64,000 nt of DNA from an uncultured Planctomycetaceae bacterium (lineage in GTDB: Bacteria; Planctomycetota; Planctomycetia; Pirellulales; PALSA-1355), in assembly GCA_963785305.1 (NCBI GenBank), contig CAWAUV010000009.1, positions 416,001 through 480,000 on the forward strand, in the 5' to 3' direction. Positions 45,294 through 55,508 of this stretch are shown here, piece by piece. Under the pieces are notes generated by a model that saw only the letters and a list, made by a program, of their open reading frames with translations, made no database searches and had not been told where the DNA came from. How positions within the stretch are numbered: position 1 is the stretch's first letter; every line of letters starts with the position of its first letter. The position numbers and the translations under genes were made by a program.

Positions 45294-45692
45294 TCAACTA
45301 GCGAGCCGCTGCTGGCGGAATTGCTCGATGCCCTGACGCGGAGCATGGCTCGCGAGCGGCGAAACGACGAAGCGGGATGCGGTTCGCCGGATTCCGCCCG
45401 CGGCCGCCAAACGCGCTTGTTCCGCCGCCTTGATGCGTCGCACGCGGCAAAGCCGGCAGGGCGCATAGACTCGGCCCCCGCATTCGTCACATCGAATCAG
45501 CGGCCCCGGAAGTTCGTCGAGCAATTGCTGGCGCTTGGCCTCGCGGCGGGCCTCGTAGTCGGGCCGGGCGCCATTGGCGATGCTGCTTACGGTGGCGCGA
45601 CTTACGCCGGCCTTTCGGGCGATTTTGCGTTGCGAGAGCGACCCTTCGGCCAGCAGTCGCTCGATTTCCTGGATTTTGAGGGGCGCGATCAT
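45294..45692 (-). CDS. HTH + C4 zinc-finger protein
   Basis: LSQRKIARKAGVSRATVSSIANG and RCDECGG...PCRLC; AAGGAG RBS. Confidence 0.75.
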   Translation of the reverse strand: MIAPLKIQEIERLLAEGSLSQRKIARKAGVSRATVSSIANGARPDYEARREAKRQQLLDELPGPLIRCDECGGRVYAPCRLCRVRRIKAAEQARLAAAGGIRRTASRFVVSPLASHAPRQGIEQFRQQRLAS

Positions 45693-46073
45693 GGTTCGAC
45701 TCCTTGAAGTTTAAGGCGCCTTGGAGGCGGTGAGGGGGGAAAGCCCGCGCGGATTTCGGCCGGTTTCGCGCTAAATTCGCGAGTTTGTTGACCATCGCGA
45801 GGGTCGAACCGGGGAGTGTCCGACGCGTGGCCCCAATCGCCCGATGTCGCGGTGAAACGGCGAAACCCGACCAAGCCTGCGGCATATTAAACCAAGAAAT
45901 GGCCAACTTTCAACCATTAAAATGGACACATTTTTGTTCGTTTTTGTGCCATTCGGGCAGCGCGTCTCTTGGAAATGGGCACGATATACTCGAAAATTTC
46001 AGGGGAATCGGCTAGAATGCCGACGTTCGGCAGCGCAGGACAATTTGCTCCCCGGGCAAAATTTTGGGCACAA

Positions 46074-46331
46074 ATGACGCTGGAATCCTATTCGCCCGAT
46101 GAACTGGACCAACTCGCCCTGCGAGCGCTGGATGTGTGCGCTCGTTTGCGCCAGTTCGCGCAAACGAGCCGCTCCGAGGAGCTCGGCGCGGTGGAGTTGC
46201 ACGAAAAGAAGGCGCTCGAGTGGCTCGGCCGGCTCGAAGAATGGCTTCAGAAGACCGAAGCCGACTTGGCGGTGCAAACCCTCAAGAACCGCGGCCGCAA
46301 AAAAGCGAACGCGATGCGCGCGAAAGAATGA
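46074..46331 (+). CDS. Hypothetical helical protein
   Basis: 85-aa ORF with host-like codon usage. Confidence 0.55.
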   Translation: MTLESYSPDELDQLALRALDVCARLRQFAQTSRSEELGAVELHEKKALEWLGRLEEWLQKTEADLAVQTLKNRGRKKANAMRAKE

Positions 46332-46812
46332 GGTGAGCAATCATTGTTCATTTTTCGGCGGCAGACCCAAACGGAACATTGAAACCCCCGTTTACGTTGA
46401 CTTTGACGGCTGGCGAAGAATGCTTGTGCCCGCGCTCGGCGGTTCGCCGATGATAGCATCGCGGAGACTCAACGCATTATCTGTAATCGGTGAACGCCAT
46501 GCCCATTCCCTATATCAACGCCATGCTCGGCGCCGCGTTCATCGTTGTTTGGGCCATCGCCGGTCGCATTGTCTTCACGACTCGCTAGTCGGAATGCTCG
46601 GCCGCCGGGCCCGCTTCGCCGCGTGGCCCGCCTCGGGCGATGCCCCGCGCCGCCTCCCGGCTTCCAAGTCGACGCGGCCCCCGTGGCCCCGCGCTTGACG
46701 CTCGCGCCGGCAGGATGCAATATAAGCAAACGCATTTTGCCGCTGCCGACGGATGCGAGCCGCTAGCCTTCGCGTCGTCCGAGCGTTTCTCTTTGCCCCC
46801 AGAGCAATTAGC

Positions 46813-47403
46813 ATGGCCTCGAGTGCGAGCCCGTCGAATATCCCATTGCCCGCGCCGCCGCCGCGCCGGAGTTTTTTGGCCAAGCTGGCCACGGTGCTGA
46901 TCGGCGCGGTCGTGGTGTTGTTTCCCTTTCTGGCCGGGGCGTTTGTCGTCTCCGATCCCTTGCGAAAGGCGAAAGACCAAGCCGGCAAAATCAAATTCCT
47001 GCGCGTCTGCGAGCTCGAGGCGGTGCCCGACGACGGCATTCCGCGCGCCTTTCCGATCATTGCCGATCGCCAGGACGCCTGGACGCGGTTTCCGGCCGAG
47101 TCGATCGGCACGGTGTATTTGATTCGCGACCCGGGGCAAAGCACGGTGCGCGTGTTCAACGCCATTTGCCCCCATGCCGGGTGCTTGGTCGGATACTTGG
47201 CCGCGAAGAAATATTTCCAGTGCCCTTGCCACACGAGCGCCTTCGGACTCGATGGCGAGATTCTGGCCGAAGTGAGCTCCGTGTCGCCGCGCGGCATGGA
47301 CTCGCTCGACTGCGAAGTTCGCTCCATCGATGGCGGAGCGGAAGTGTGGGTGAAGTTCGAAAATTTTCAGACGGGTCTCAAAGAAAAGATTCCCACCGTA
47401 TGA
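46813..47403 (+). CDS. Rieske [2Fe-2S] subunit of a cytochrome bc complex
   Basis: RRSFL Tat motif, CPHAGC and CPCH. Confidence 0.92.
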   Translation: MASSASPSNIPLPAPPPRRSFLAKLATVLIGAVVVLFPFLAGAFVVSDPLRKAKDQAGKIKFLRVCELEAVPDDGIPRAFPIIADRQDAWTRFPAESIGTVYLIRDPGQSTVRVFNAICPHAGCLVGYLAAKKYFQCPCHTSAFGLDGEILAEVSSVSPRGMDSLDCEVRSIDGGAEVWVKFENFQTGLKEKIPTV

Positions 47404-49286
47404 CGACCCTGCTCGACTGGCTCGAACATCGCACCGGTTTGCGCTCCCTGCGGCGCGAACTGCTCTACGACAATATTCCCGGCGGCGCTCGCTGGCGCTA
47501 TGTGTGGGGCAATGCGCTCGTGTTTGCCTTCTTCATGCAGGTGGTCACCGGAATTTCGCTGTGGATGAACTATAGCCCGGGCTCGCAAAGCGCCTGGGAG
47601 AGCGTGTACTACATTCAGTACCACATGCAAGGCGGGTGGCTCTTGCGTGGCATGCATCACTACACGGCCCAGGCCATGGTGGTGCTCTTGGCCGTGCATC
47701 TATTGCAAGTGGTGATCGATGGCGCCTATCGCGCGCCGCGCGAGTTCAACTTCTGGATCGGTCTGATTCTCTTGCAAGTCGTGCTGGCGATGGCCCTCAC
47801 CGGCTACTTGCTCCCCTGGGACCAGCGCGGCTATCGGGCCACGGCGGTGTCGACCAATCTGATGGGCATCACGCCGATCGTCGGGCCGACGCTCCAGCGA
47901 CTCGTGATCGGCGGGGCCGAATTCGGCAATCTCACGCTCACTCGCTTTTTCGCGCTCCACGCCGGCCTGTTGCCGGGAATTCTGATGCTGCTTGTGTGCC
48001 TGCATGTCGCGCTCTTTCGGCGCCACGGGCTCACCGTGCGGCAGCAAGCGCTCGTGGGCCCGAAGCGCCGCCCCGACGCCCCGCGCTGGCCCGATCAGGC
48101 GCTCCGCAACGCGGTCGTGTTTCTGGCGGTGCTCGCGTGTGTCTTGCTGCTCGTCTTCAAATCGGTGGTGACGTCCGATGGCAGAATCGACTTCGCCCAC
48201 GCCCAACTTGGCGCCGAACTCGGCGCGCCGGCCGATCCCGCGAATCAATATCCCGCCGCGCGGCCCGAGTGGTACTTCCTGTTTCTCTTTCAATTGCTGC
48301 GTTATTTTCCGGGCGAAAGCGAGATCTATGGCGCGATCGTGTTGCCCGGCGCCATCTTCACGTTCTTGGCGCTCATGCCGTTTATCGGCCGCGCGACGTG
48401 GGGACATCGCTTGAACGTGACCGTGGTGCTGTTGCTGTTCATCGCCGCCGGCGCGTTGACCGGCATTGCCCTGAACGCCGACTATCGCGGACCCGACTCG
48501 GGCGAATTTCGCAAAGCGGTGGCCGACGCGCATGAAGAAGCCGAGCGGGCCGTGCAACTGGCCAGTGCTCCGAGCGGCATTCCGCCCACGGGCGCGATCA
48601 CCCTCTTGCGCGACGACCCAAAGACCGAGGGGCGCCGCTTGTTCGGCCGCCACTGCGGATCATGTCACGACAATGCGATCCAAGCCGCCACTCGGAATCC
48701 GCCCGAAGGTCAAAACGCGCTCGATGGCGCCCCGAACCTCGCCGAGTTCGCCTCGCGACCTTGGATCGCCGGGCTGTTGGACGCGAAGCGCATCGCCGGG
48801 CCCGACTATTTCGGCCGCACCGCCCATCACGCGGGCGAGATGGTGGAATTCGTCGAAGGCGATCTCAAGAAATGGACCCCGATGGATATCGACAATGTGG
48901 TGATGGCTCTCTCGGCCGAAGCCCACCTTCCGCGGCAAGCCAAGCAAGACGCCGACGAGGAAACTCGTATCGGCGCCGGACGCATCAAGATTTCCGATTC
49001 GGCCGAGGGCTGCGCTCAATGCCACAAGTTTCACGAAGCCGGCGCCGATACCGATGGCCCCGACCTCACCGGCTACGGCTCGCGCGAATGGATCATTGCC
49101 ATCGTGCGCAACCCAGCCGACAAGCGATTCTACGGCGAGAAGAACGACCGCATGCCGGCCTTCGCGCATCCGCCCGGTTCGATCCGCAATCGCCTCTCGG
49201 AAAAGCAACTCGGCCTGATCGCGGATTTCTTGCGGCGGGAATGGTATGAACCGGCCGATTCGCAACCGGGAGCGGACGCGAAATAA
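47400..49286 (+). CDS. Cytochrome b fused to a di-haem cytochrome c
   Basis: RGMHH, GYLLPWDQ, RFFALH and PEWY; CGSCH and CAQCH. Confidence 0.92.
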   Translation: MTTLLDWLEHRTGLRSLRRELLYDNIPGGARWRYVWGNALVFAFFMQVVTGISLWMNYSPGSQSAWESVYYIQYHMQGGWLLRGMHHYTAQAMVVLLAVHLLQVVIDGAYRAPREFNFWIGLILLQVVLAMALTGYLLPWDQRGYRATAVSTNLMGITPIVGPTLQRLVIGGAEFGNLTLTRFFALHAGLLPGILMLLVCLHVALFRRHGLTVRQQALVGPKRRPDAPRWPDQALRNAVVFLAVLACVLLLVFKSVVTSDGRIDFAHAQLGAELGAPADPANQYPAARPEWYFLFLFQLLRYFPGESEIYGAIVLPGAIFTFLALMPFIGRATWGHRLNVTVVLLLFIAAGALTGIALNADYRGPDSGEFRKAVADAHEEAERAVQLASAPSGIPPTGAITLLRDDPKTEGRRLFGRHCGSCHDNAIQAATRNPPEGQNALDGAPNLAEFASRPWIAGLLDAKRIAGPDYFGRTAHHAGEMVEFVEGDLKKWTPMDIDNVVMALSAEAHLPRQAKQDADEETRIGAGRIKISDSAEGCAQCHKFHEAGADTDGPDLTGYGSREWIIAIVRNPADKRFYGEKNDRMPAFAHPPGSIRNRLSEKQLGLIADFLRREWYEPADSQPGADAK

Positions 49287-49300
49287 GGTTCCGGCGATTC

Positions 49301-49959
49301 ATGGCGCGACGACTGCATGACTACCGCGTTTTCTGGCGCGAGTTTCAACAAAACTTTCATACCACCGGCGCGGTGCTTCCGAGCGGAGCGCCGCTGGCCC
49401 GCGCCTGTGCGCCATGTCGGCTGTTCGGATCGGCCAATGCGAGTCCTGGAGGTTGGGCCCGGCACCGGGGCGGTGACGGCGGCCATTGTGCGCTCGCTCG
49501 GCGCGGGCGACGCGCTCGATCTGGTGGAGCTCAACGAACAATTCGTGCTCGCGCTGCGGCGCCGATTCGAGACCGAGCCCGCGTTTCAGGCCGTGGCCGC
49601 GCACTCGGGTCTTGCATCAACCGGTCGAATCGCTCGAGGAAGAAGCGCCCTACGATGTGATCGTATCGGGCCTGCCGCTCAACAATTTCGCGGCGGCGGA
49701 CGTGGAAAACATTCTGCGGATTTTTCGGCGGCTGTTGCGATCCGGCGGCACGCTGTCGTTTTTCGAATACATCGCCATCCGCGCTGCCCGCGCCGTGGTC
49801 AGCTCGGGCGCCGAGCGGGCCCGGCTCAAGGGCATCGGCCGCGCGCTCGACGGCCTGCTGGGTCCCCATGATTCGCGCCGCGAATGGATCTGGCCCAATA
49901 TCCCCCCAGCCTGGGTCCATCATGTTCGCCTGCCGCCACTGGAGAGCGAGCAGGTCTGA
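49301..49959 (+). CDS. PmtA-like (phospho)lipid N-methyltransferase (frameshifted)
   Basis: TGAVLPS, LEVGPGTG, IVSGLP and NIPPAWV. Confidence 0.8.
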
Positions 49960-50043
49960 TGGCGCCCCCATGACGCCGGGCGGGGGTTGGGGTAGGATGC
50001 ATGGTTTTCATCCGCGGCCTGCTAGGCCGCTTGGGGTTGCACC

Positions 50044-51306
50044 ATGAAACAGGCACATGCCCGCGCGAGCCGGCCAGCGACGAGCGGCGATCATGCTCGC
50101 GACGCCGCGGGCCGCGAATCCATCGACGATGCGGAAGGCCACGACGCGGAAGATGCCGGGTCCGGCGAGCGGCTGCAAAAAATTCTCGCGGCGGCCGGCA
50201 TCGGAAGTCGCCGCAAGTGCGAGGAGTTGATCCTCACCGGGCGCGTCGAGGTCGATCGTCGGGTAGTCACCCATCTCGGCGCCAAGGCCGATCCGGCGCG
50301 GCAGGAGATTCGGCTCGATGGCGCCGCCCTGCCTCGCGTTCGGCTTGTGCATTATGTCGTGCATAAGCCGCCGGGCGTGGTCTCGACGAACTACGATCAG
50401 GCCGGCCGACCGCGCGTGGTCGATCTCGTGCCCCGGCGCGACAATGAGCGATTGTTCGCCGTCGGGCGGCTCGATTTATCGAGCGAGGGCCTGATGCTGC
50501 TCACCAACGATGGCGAGCTTGCCAATCGGCTCACGCACCCACGCTATGGAGTCGAAAAAACGTATCTGGCCGAAGTGGCCGGCGCGGTCGATCGCAACGC
50601 GCTCGCCAGTTTGCGAAAGGGCGCCCATCTGGCCGAGGGCTTTGCCCGCGTGGCCTCGGCCCGAGTTCGCACCGAATGGAAAAAAAGCACGCTGCTCGAA
50701 ATCGTGCTGGCCGAGGGACGCAACCGCGAGATTCGCCGACTGCTGGCCCGCGAGGGCCACAAGGTGCTGCGGCTCACGCGGATCGCGCTGGGTCCGCTGC
50801 GGCTGGGAGAGCTTCCGCCGGGAGCGTGGCGGCCGATCGAGCCCAGCGAGCTGCGCGCCTTGCGGCATGCGGCGTTTGCCGGAAAAGAGGTCAAGCGCCG
50901 CAGGCGGTCGAAACCCGCGGCCCAGCGGCCTCAAGTGAAAGCGCCGCTCGAGAGCGGCCCGACCGTCATTGGCGGCGACCGCGAGGAACCGCGACCCGAG
51001 GCCGCGAAATTCGCCCGCCCCAAGCCCGGCGCCGCCAAATCGCGGCCCGTGAAATCGCGGCCCATGAAATCGGGCGCTCGAACGTCGGCCCCGCCCAGAC
51101 CGCGATCGGCCAAGGCGGGAGTTAAAACCGCGGGGATCAAAACCGCGAGACCCAAGCCCGCGAGACCCACGACCTCCGGCCCCAAAACCACCGGCGGTCG
51201 AAACTCCGGCGCTGGGCGCCCCGGCGCCAAACCGGCCCGCGGCGCCAAGGGCGAGCGGCGCCCGGCGGGAGTCCAAGGGAAGCGAGCGAGGAACGATCGT
51301 CCATGA
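50044..51306 (+). CDS. rRNA pseudouridine synthase, RluB/RsuA family
   Basis: S4 domain RLQKILAAAG..SRRKCE, GRLD, EGRNREIRR; basic tail. Confidence 0.92.
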   Translation: MKQAHARASRPATSGDHARDAAGRESIDDAEGHDAEDAGSGERLQKILAAAGIGSRRKCEELILTGRVEVDRRVVTHLGAKADPARQEIRLDGAALPRVRLVHYVVHKPPGVVSTNYDQAGRPRVVDLVPRRDNERLFAVGRLDLSSEGLMLLTNDGELANRLTHPRYGVEKTYLAEVAGAVDRNALASLRKGAHLAEGFARVASARVRTEWKKSTLLEIVLAEGRNREIRRLLAREGHKVLRLTRIALGPLRLGELPPGAWRPIEPSELRALRHAAFAGKEVKRRRRSKPAAQRPQVKAPLESGPTVIGGDREEPRPEAAKFARPKPGAAKSRPVKSRPMKSGARTSAPPRPRSAKAGVKTAGIKTARPKPARPTTSGPKTTGGRNSGAGRPGAKPARGAKGERRPAGVQGKRARNDRP

Positions 51307-52216
51307 CCCACGCGCATCACGACGCCTGCTTTGCGGATCATGCATGCCAGGAATCGGCCCTCGTGCTCGAAAACGAGCGCGTCGCCCGCGATACCTACCG
51401 GCTCCGGGTCTCGGCGCCCCGGATCGCGGCGCGGATCACGCCGGGCCAGTTCGTGATGCTGCGACTAGCCGGTTTCGACGACCCGCTGCTTGGCCGCCCC
51501 CTGGCGCTTTACGACACCTTCGATGCGCCGAGCGCCGCCCCGCAAGCGAGCTCGCCAGCCGGACTCGATGTGGTGTATCTGGTGCAAGGCAAGCTGACGA
51601 CGCGACTCGCGCGGTTTATGCCGGGGCAAAAAGTCGACCTTTGGGGGCCCTTGGGCAACGGCTTTTCGCCGACTCGCGCAAAGCATCTGGTGATGGTGGC
51701 GGGCGGCATCGGGCAGACGCCCTTTCTTGCTCTCGGCGCGAAGCTCTGGGCCAGCGGCGCTATGGCCTTGCCGCCGCCGAGCGCGCGGCGGTCGTTGGCA
51801 ACGCCGCCGCGGGGCAAGCGCCGCGCGTGAGCTTGTGCTATGGGGCCCGCTCGGCCGACTTGCTGGCGGGCGTCGATGATTTTCGCGCGGCCGGCGTCGA
51901 CGCGCGCCTGGCCACCGACGATGGCTCCAGGGGGCGTCACGGCTATGTCACGGAACTGCTCCGGGAGATCATCGCCGAGTCGCCCGATTGCCAAGTGGTC
52001 GCCTGCGGCCCCGAGCCGATGTTGGCCGCAGTGGCCCGCATTGCCGAGAAGCATGCGACACCCTGCCAAGTGTCGCTCGAAACACCGATGGCGTGTGGCG
52101 TGGGCATCTGCTTTAGCTGCGTCACGCGCGTGAAAGACCCGTGCCCCGCGGGCTGGGACTACCGCCGCACCTGCGTCGAAGGTCCGGTGTTCGACGCGGC
52201 GCGGATCGTGTGGTGA
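51303..52216 (+). CDS. pyrK: Dihydroorotate dehydrogenase electron-transfer subunit (frameshift near 51740)
   Basis: PGQFVM, GPLGNGF, GGIG, CGPEPM and MACGVGICFSC..CVEGPVF. Confidence 0.88.
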
Positions 52217-52294
52217 GCGCGGCCGAGGGTCCGATAGGCCCGCTGTTCCGATAGGCCCGCGGGTTGCGCGGGGCGGGTAGCTTGCGCGCGGCGC

Positions 52295-52576
52295 TCAGCT
52301 TGCCGGCTTGGCGGCGGTCTTGGCTTTGCGAACCACGGCGCTCAGGCGGCTCTTGAGCCGGGCGGCGGTGTTGGTGTGAATCACGCCGTGGGCGGCGGCC
52401 TTATCGACCGCCTTGGCCAGCGCCTTGAGCTCGTCGTCGGCTTTGTCCGAGTGCTTGGCGGCGGAGTCGCGCAGTTTGCGGATTTGGGTTTTGACAGTGC
52501 TCTTCACGGCGCGGTTGAAGGTGCGCCGCTTTTGGCTCTGCTTCATTCGCTTCTTGCCGCTCTTGGTGTTGGGCAT
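52295..52576 (-). CDS. rpsT: 30S ribosomal protein S20
   Basis: MPNTKSGKKR..NRAVKS..DKAAAHGVIHTNTAARLKSRL. Confidence 0.96.
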   Translation of the reverse strand: MPNTKSGKKRMKQSQKRRTFNRAVKSTVKTQIRKLRDSAAKHSDKADDELKALAKAVDKAAAHGVIHTNTAARLKSRLSAVVRKAKTAAKPAS

Positions 52577-52668
52577 CGACAGTTCTCGTGATGGTTCTTG
52601 GGGGTTGATTCGAACTCGGTGAGCGAGCGTCGCTCGTTTCGCGGCCGTCGACAGGTGTGGGCGGACCG

Positions 52669-54048
52669 TTAAAGCCCACCATTATTGCGATGTTTGGCGA
52701 TTTTATCCAGCCATTTTGCGACATCTTTGTAGCCGTAATCCAGACTCGCCACTTCGTTGAGGTATTTTTCGGCCGAATCCACGTCTTCCAGGGCAAATGA
52801 CAGCGTGCCGGCCCGGTAGAGCACCAGCTTTCGCCGGTCGAGATCGCGCTCGAAAAGCGACTCCAGGGCCGTCGTGTAGTTGCTCAAGGCTAGTTTGTAC
52901 TGTTTGATGTGCTGGAAGCACTCGCCCAGTTCCAGGTGCGCTTCGGCCTTGAGCTTCGAGTCGCCGCGGGCCGCTTGCAGGGCCTGGATCGCCTCGTTGA
53001 TCTTGCCCGCCCGCTTGAGACGCACGCCGACCTCGAACCGGAGCCGAAGGTTGTTCGGATTTCGCTCCGCCCGCGTGCGATACACATCGGTCTCGATCCG
53101 ATTCAGCTCCACGCTCTTCCGCTTGAGAAGCTCCTTGGCCTCGGGCGTGTTTTTGCCGCGGACTTCGGCTTCGGCGAGCGCCACTTCGGCCCGCATCCGC
53201 CGCATTTGCGAATCTTCGAGCCGCTCGCGGATCGCGAGATCGTTGCCCGAGATTTCGACCGCCCTGACAAGCACTTTTTCGGCTTCGGCGAAGCGATCGT
53301 TGTTCGTGTGGAGATCGGCGAGCTCCATATAGTTGGTCAGGTCCCGCGGGTTTTTACCGATCGCTTTTTCGAGCAATTGCTCGGGCGTGAGGTGCGCCGT
53401 CAGCAGGTCGGTCGGCTTGGCGCGCACATCCTTGCTGCTTTCGGCGTCTTCGTAGCCGCCCCCGGTAATGGTTTTTTCGACCGCCAGATTGGCGATCGCC
53501 CGGGTGGCTTCTTCATCGCCGGGCTTGAGCTGCTCGACGCGCCGCCAGCAGGCCACGGCGTCGTCGTAGCGTCGCACTCGGGCCAGCGCCCGGCCGCAGC
53601 GGCGGTTCACGTCGATATCCTTGGGATTTCCGTCCAAGGCGCCTTTGAGATAGACGAGTTGGCAATCGTCGTAGTTCAGTTCGTCGCAGGCGGTGGCCAT
53701 CGTGGTAAGGGTGTAGATGTCCCAGGGATTGAGCTTGAGCATTTCCATGCCCGCCACGATGACTTGGTTCCAGTCCTTGCCCTTGTTGGCCTTCATCATG
53801 CCGGCTTTGGCGCCCGCGCCCTTGAGCCCGGCGAATTTGCCGCCTTTTTTATTGTTGCCGTATTGCTTGAAGAGATTTTCCAAGAGCGCCTTGGCATACA
53901 CCGGGTTGGCCGGATCGCCGGTCACGCATTGCACGTAGAGATTGGTGGCGTATTCGAATTGGCCTCCGGAGGCCGCGCGGCTACCATGCTCGTACAATTG
54001 TTGCAGACGCCGTTTTTTGCCTGGGCTATTTGCTTCGTCCGTCGCCAT
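52669..54048 (-). CDS. Tetratricopeptide-repeat protein
   Basis: Multiple TPR-like helical repeats; YKDV C-terminus. Confidence 0.85.
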   Translation of the reverse strand: MATDEANSPGKKRRLQQLYEHGSRAASGGQFEYATNLYVQCVTGDPANPVYAKALLENLFKQYGNNKKGGKFAGLKGAGAKAGMMKANKGKDWNQVIVAGMEMLKLNPWDIYTLTTMATACDELNYDDCQLVYLKGALDGNPKDIDVNRRCGRALARVRRYDDAVACWRRVEQLKPGDEEATRAIANLAVEKTITGGGYEDAESSKDVRAKPTDLLTAHLTPEQLLEKAIGKNPRDLTNYMELADLHTNNDRFAEAEKVLVRAVEISGNDLAIRERLEDSQMRRMRAEVALAEAEVRGKNTPEAKELLKRKSVELNRIETDVYRTRAERNPNNLRLRFEVGVRLKRAGKINEAIQALQAARGDSKLKAEAHLELGECFQHIKQYKLALSNYTTALESLFERDLDRRKLVLYRAGTLSFALEDVDSAEKYLNEVASLDYGYKDVAKWLDKIAKHRNNGGL

Positions 54049-54277
54049 AATACTGTTCGCGTCGTTTCAACGAAAAAAAGAAGCGGGCGCCCCCCGCCAT
54101 CGACCGCCATCGCGCTGGGCGCCGCGGAGACAATTGGCCCCATGCGGCGCGAAATTCGCCGCCAATCCGTCATTCTAATCCCGTCCGCATTGCAAGACAA
54201 CGCGCGACCGGCGACTCGCCGAGATGCGGTCGCGGAGGTTGGCCGAGCAATGTCGCGACTTTTCCCTGGAAACATCC

Positions 54278-55405
54278 ATGTCCGCCGGCCCGATTCCCAC
54301 GGTTCGAAGCTCCCTCCCCGCGACGCTGCGCATCGGTCCGATCGCGCTCGATTTCCCCGTGGTGCAAGCGGCGCTGAGCGGCTACAGCGACTGGGCAATG
54401 CGCGTCATCGCCCGGCGGTTGGGCGCTCCCTACACGCTTTGCGAGGTGCTGCTCGACCAATTCGTCATTCAGGTCACGCGGGGCAAGAAGGCCGATCGAT
54501 TTCTGCGCGTGACGGATGAAGAGCATCCGGTGGCGGCTCAGCTCATGGGCGCCAATCCCGAGGACTTTGGCCCCGCCGCCCAGCGACTGGTGGCCGCCGG
54601 ATTCGATGTGATCGACATCAATTTCGGCTGCCCGGTGAAGAAAGTGCTGGGCCGGCGGCGCGGCGGTTTTCTCTTGGGCGATGTCGACACGGCGCTCGAA
54701 ATCGTCGCCCGGGTGCGCGAGGCCACTCCGCCGCATGTGCCGGTGACGGTGAAAATGCGGCGCGGCCTCGACGACACCCAGGCCAGCCGCGATCGCTTCT
54801 ATCAGATATTCGATGGCGCTTTCGAGCGCGGCGTGGCGGCGATCACGGTCCACGGCCGCACCGTGGCCCAGCGTTATATCGGCCCGAGCCGTTGGTCGTT
54901 TTTGCGCGAACTCAAAGAGCACGCCGGCTCGCGCACCGTGCTCGGCAGCGGCGACCTGTTCACGGCCCAAGCCTGCTTGGACATGATGCGCGAGACGGGC
55001 GTCGACGGCGTGACCGCGGCGCGGGGGGCGATCGGCAATCCGTGGATTTTCGCGCAGGCCCGGGCACTGGCCGCCGGAATGCCGCTACCGGGGCCGCCGA
55101 CGATCTTCGAGCAGCGCGATGTGATCGCGGAGCACTACCGCTTGGCCGAGTCGCTCTATGGCGGCGAAGCCTGCGGACGCCATATGCGAAAGTTCGCCAT
55201 CAAGTATTCGAAGCTGCACCCGCGCTCGCTTGAAGTGCGCGACGCCTTTGTGCGCGTGAGCCAGCCGGAAGAATGGCGGCGCGTGTTCGCCGAGTTGTAC
55301 TCGGTGGATGGCCCGGGCCGGCATCCCAACGAATCGGTCGACGAAAATGAATCCTGCGGCGATGCGACTGGCGGCGAAGGGGCCTGCGACCGAGGGGCGG
55401 ACTAA
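54278..55405 (+). CDS. dusB: tRNA-dihydrouridine synthase
   Basis: DINFGCPVKKV, TVHGRT and ARGAIGNPWIF. Confidence 0.88.
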   Translation: MSAGPIPTVRSSLPATLRIGPIALDFPVVQAALSGYSDWAMRVIARRLGAPYTLCEVLLDQFVIQVTRGKKADRFLRVTDEEHPVAAQLMGANPEDFGPAAQRLVAAGFDVIDINFGCPVKKVLGRRRGGFLLGDVDTALEIVARVREATPPHVPVTVKMRRGLDDTQASRDRFYQIFDGAFERGVAAITVHGRTVAQRYIGPSRWSFLRELKEHAGSRTVLGSGDLFTAQACLDMMRETGVDGVTAARGAIGNPWIFAQARALAAGMPLPGPPTIFEQRDVIAEHYRLAESLYGGEACGRHMRKFAIKYSKLHPRSLEVRDAFVRVSQPEEWRRVFAELYSVDGPGRHPNESVDENESCGDATGGEGACDRGAD

Positions 55406-55460
55406 CGTCTGTTGAATACTTCGACAGGCTGTTACCGCGCACCGCGCCAGGGGTAGCGGG

Positions 55461-55507
55461 CCCTCATTCGGCTGCTGGGCCGCCACCTTCTCCCGGAGGG
55501 AGAAGGG
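55461..55507. repeat. REP-like palindrome between convergent genes
   Basis: CCTTCTCCC-GGA-GGGAGAAGG hairpin. Confidence 0.5.
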
Positions 55508-55508
55508 T

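Noticed and set aside
50890..51306. Lys/Arg/Pro-rich repetitive tail of the pseudouridine synthase
   Set aside because: Low-complexity basic tails are common in RluB-family proteins.
52231..52260. CCGATAGGCCCGC direct repeat x2
   Set aside because: Only two short copies between convergent genes, with no further support.
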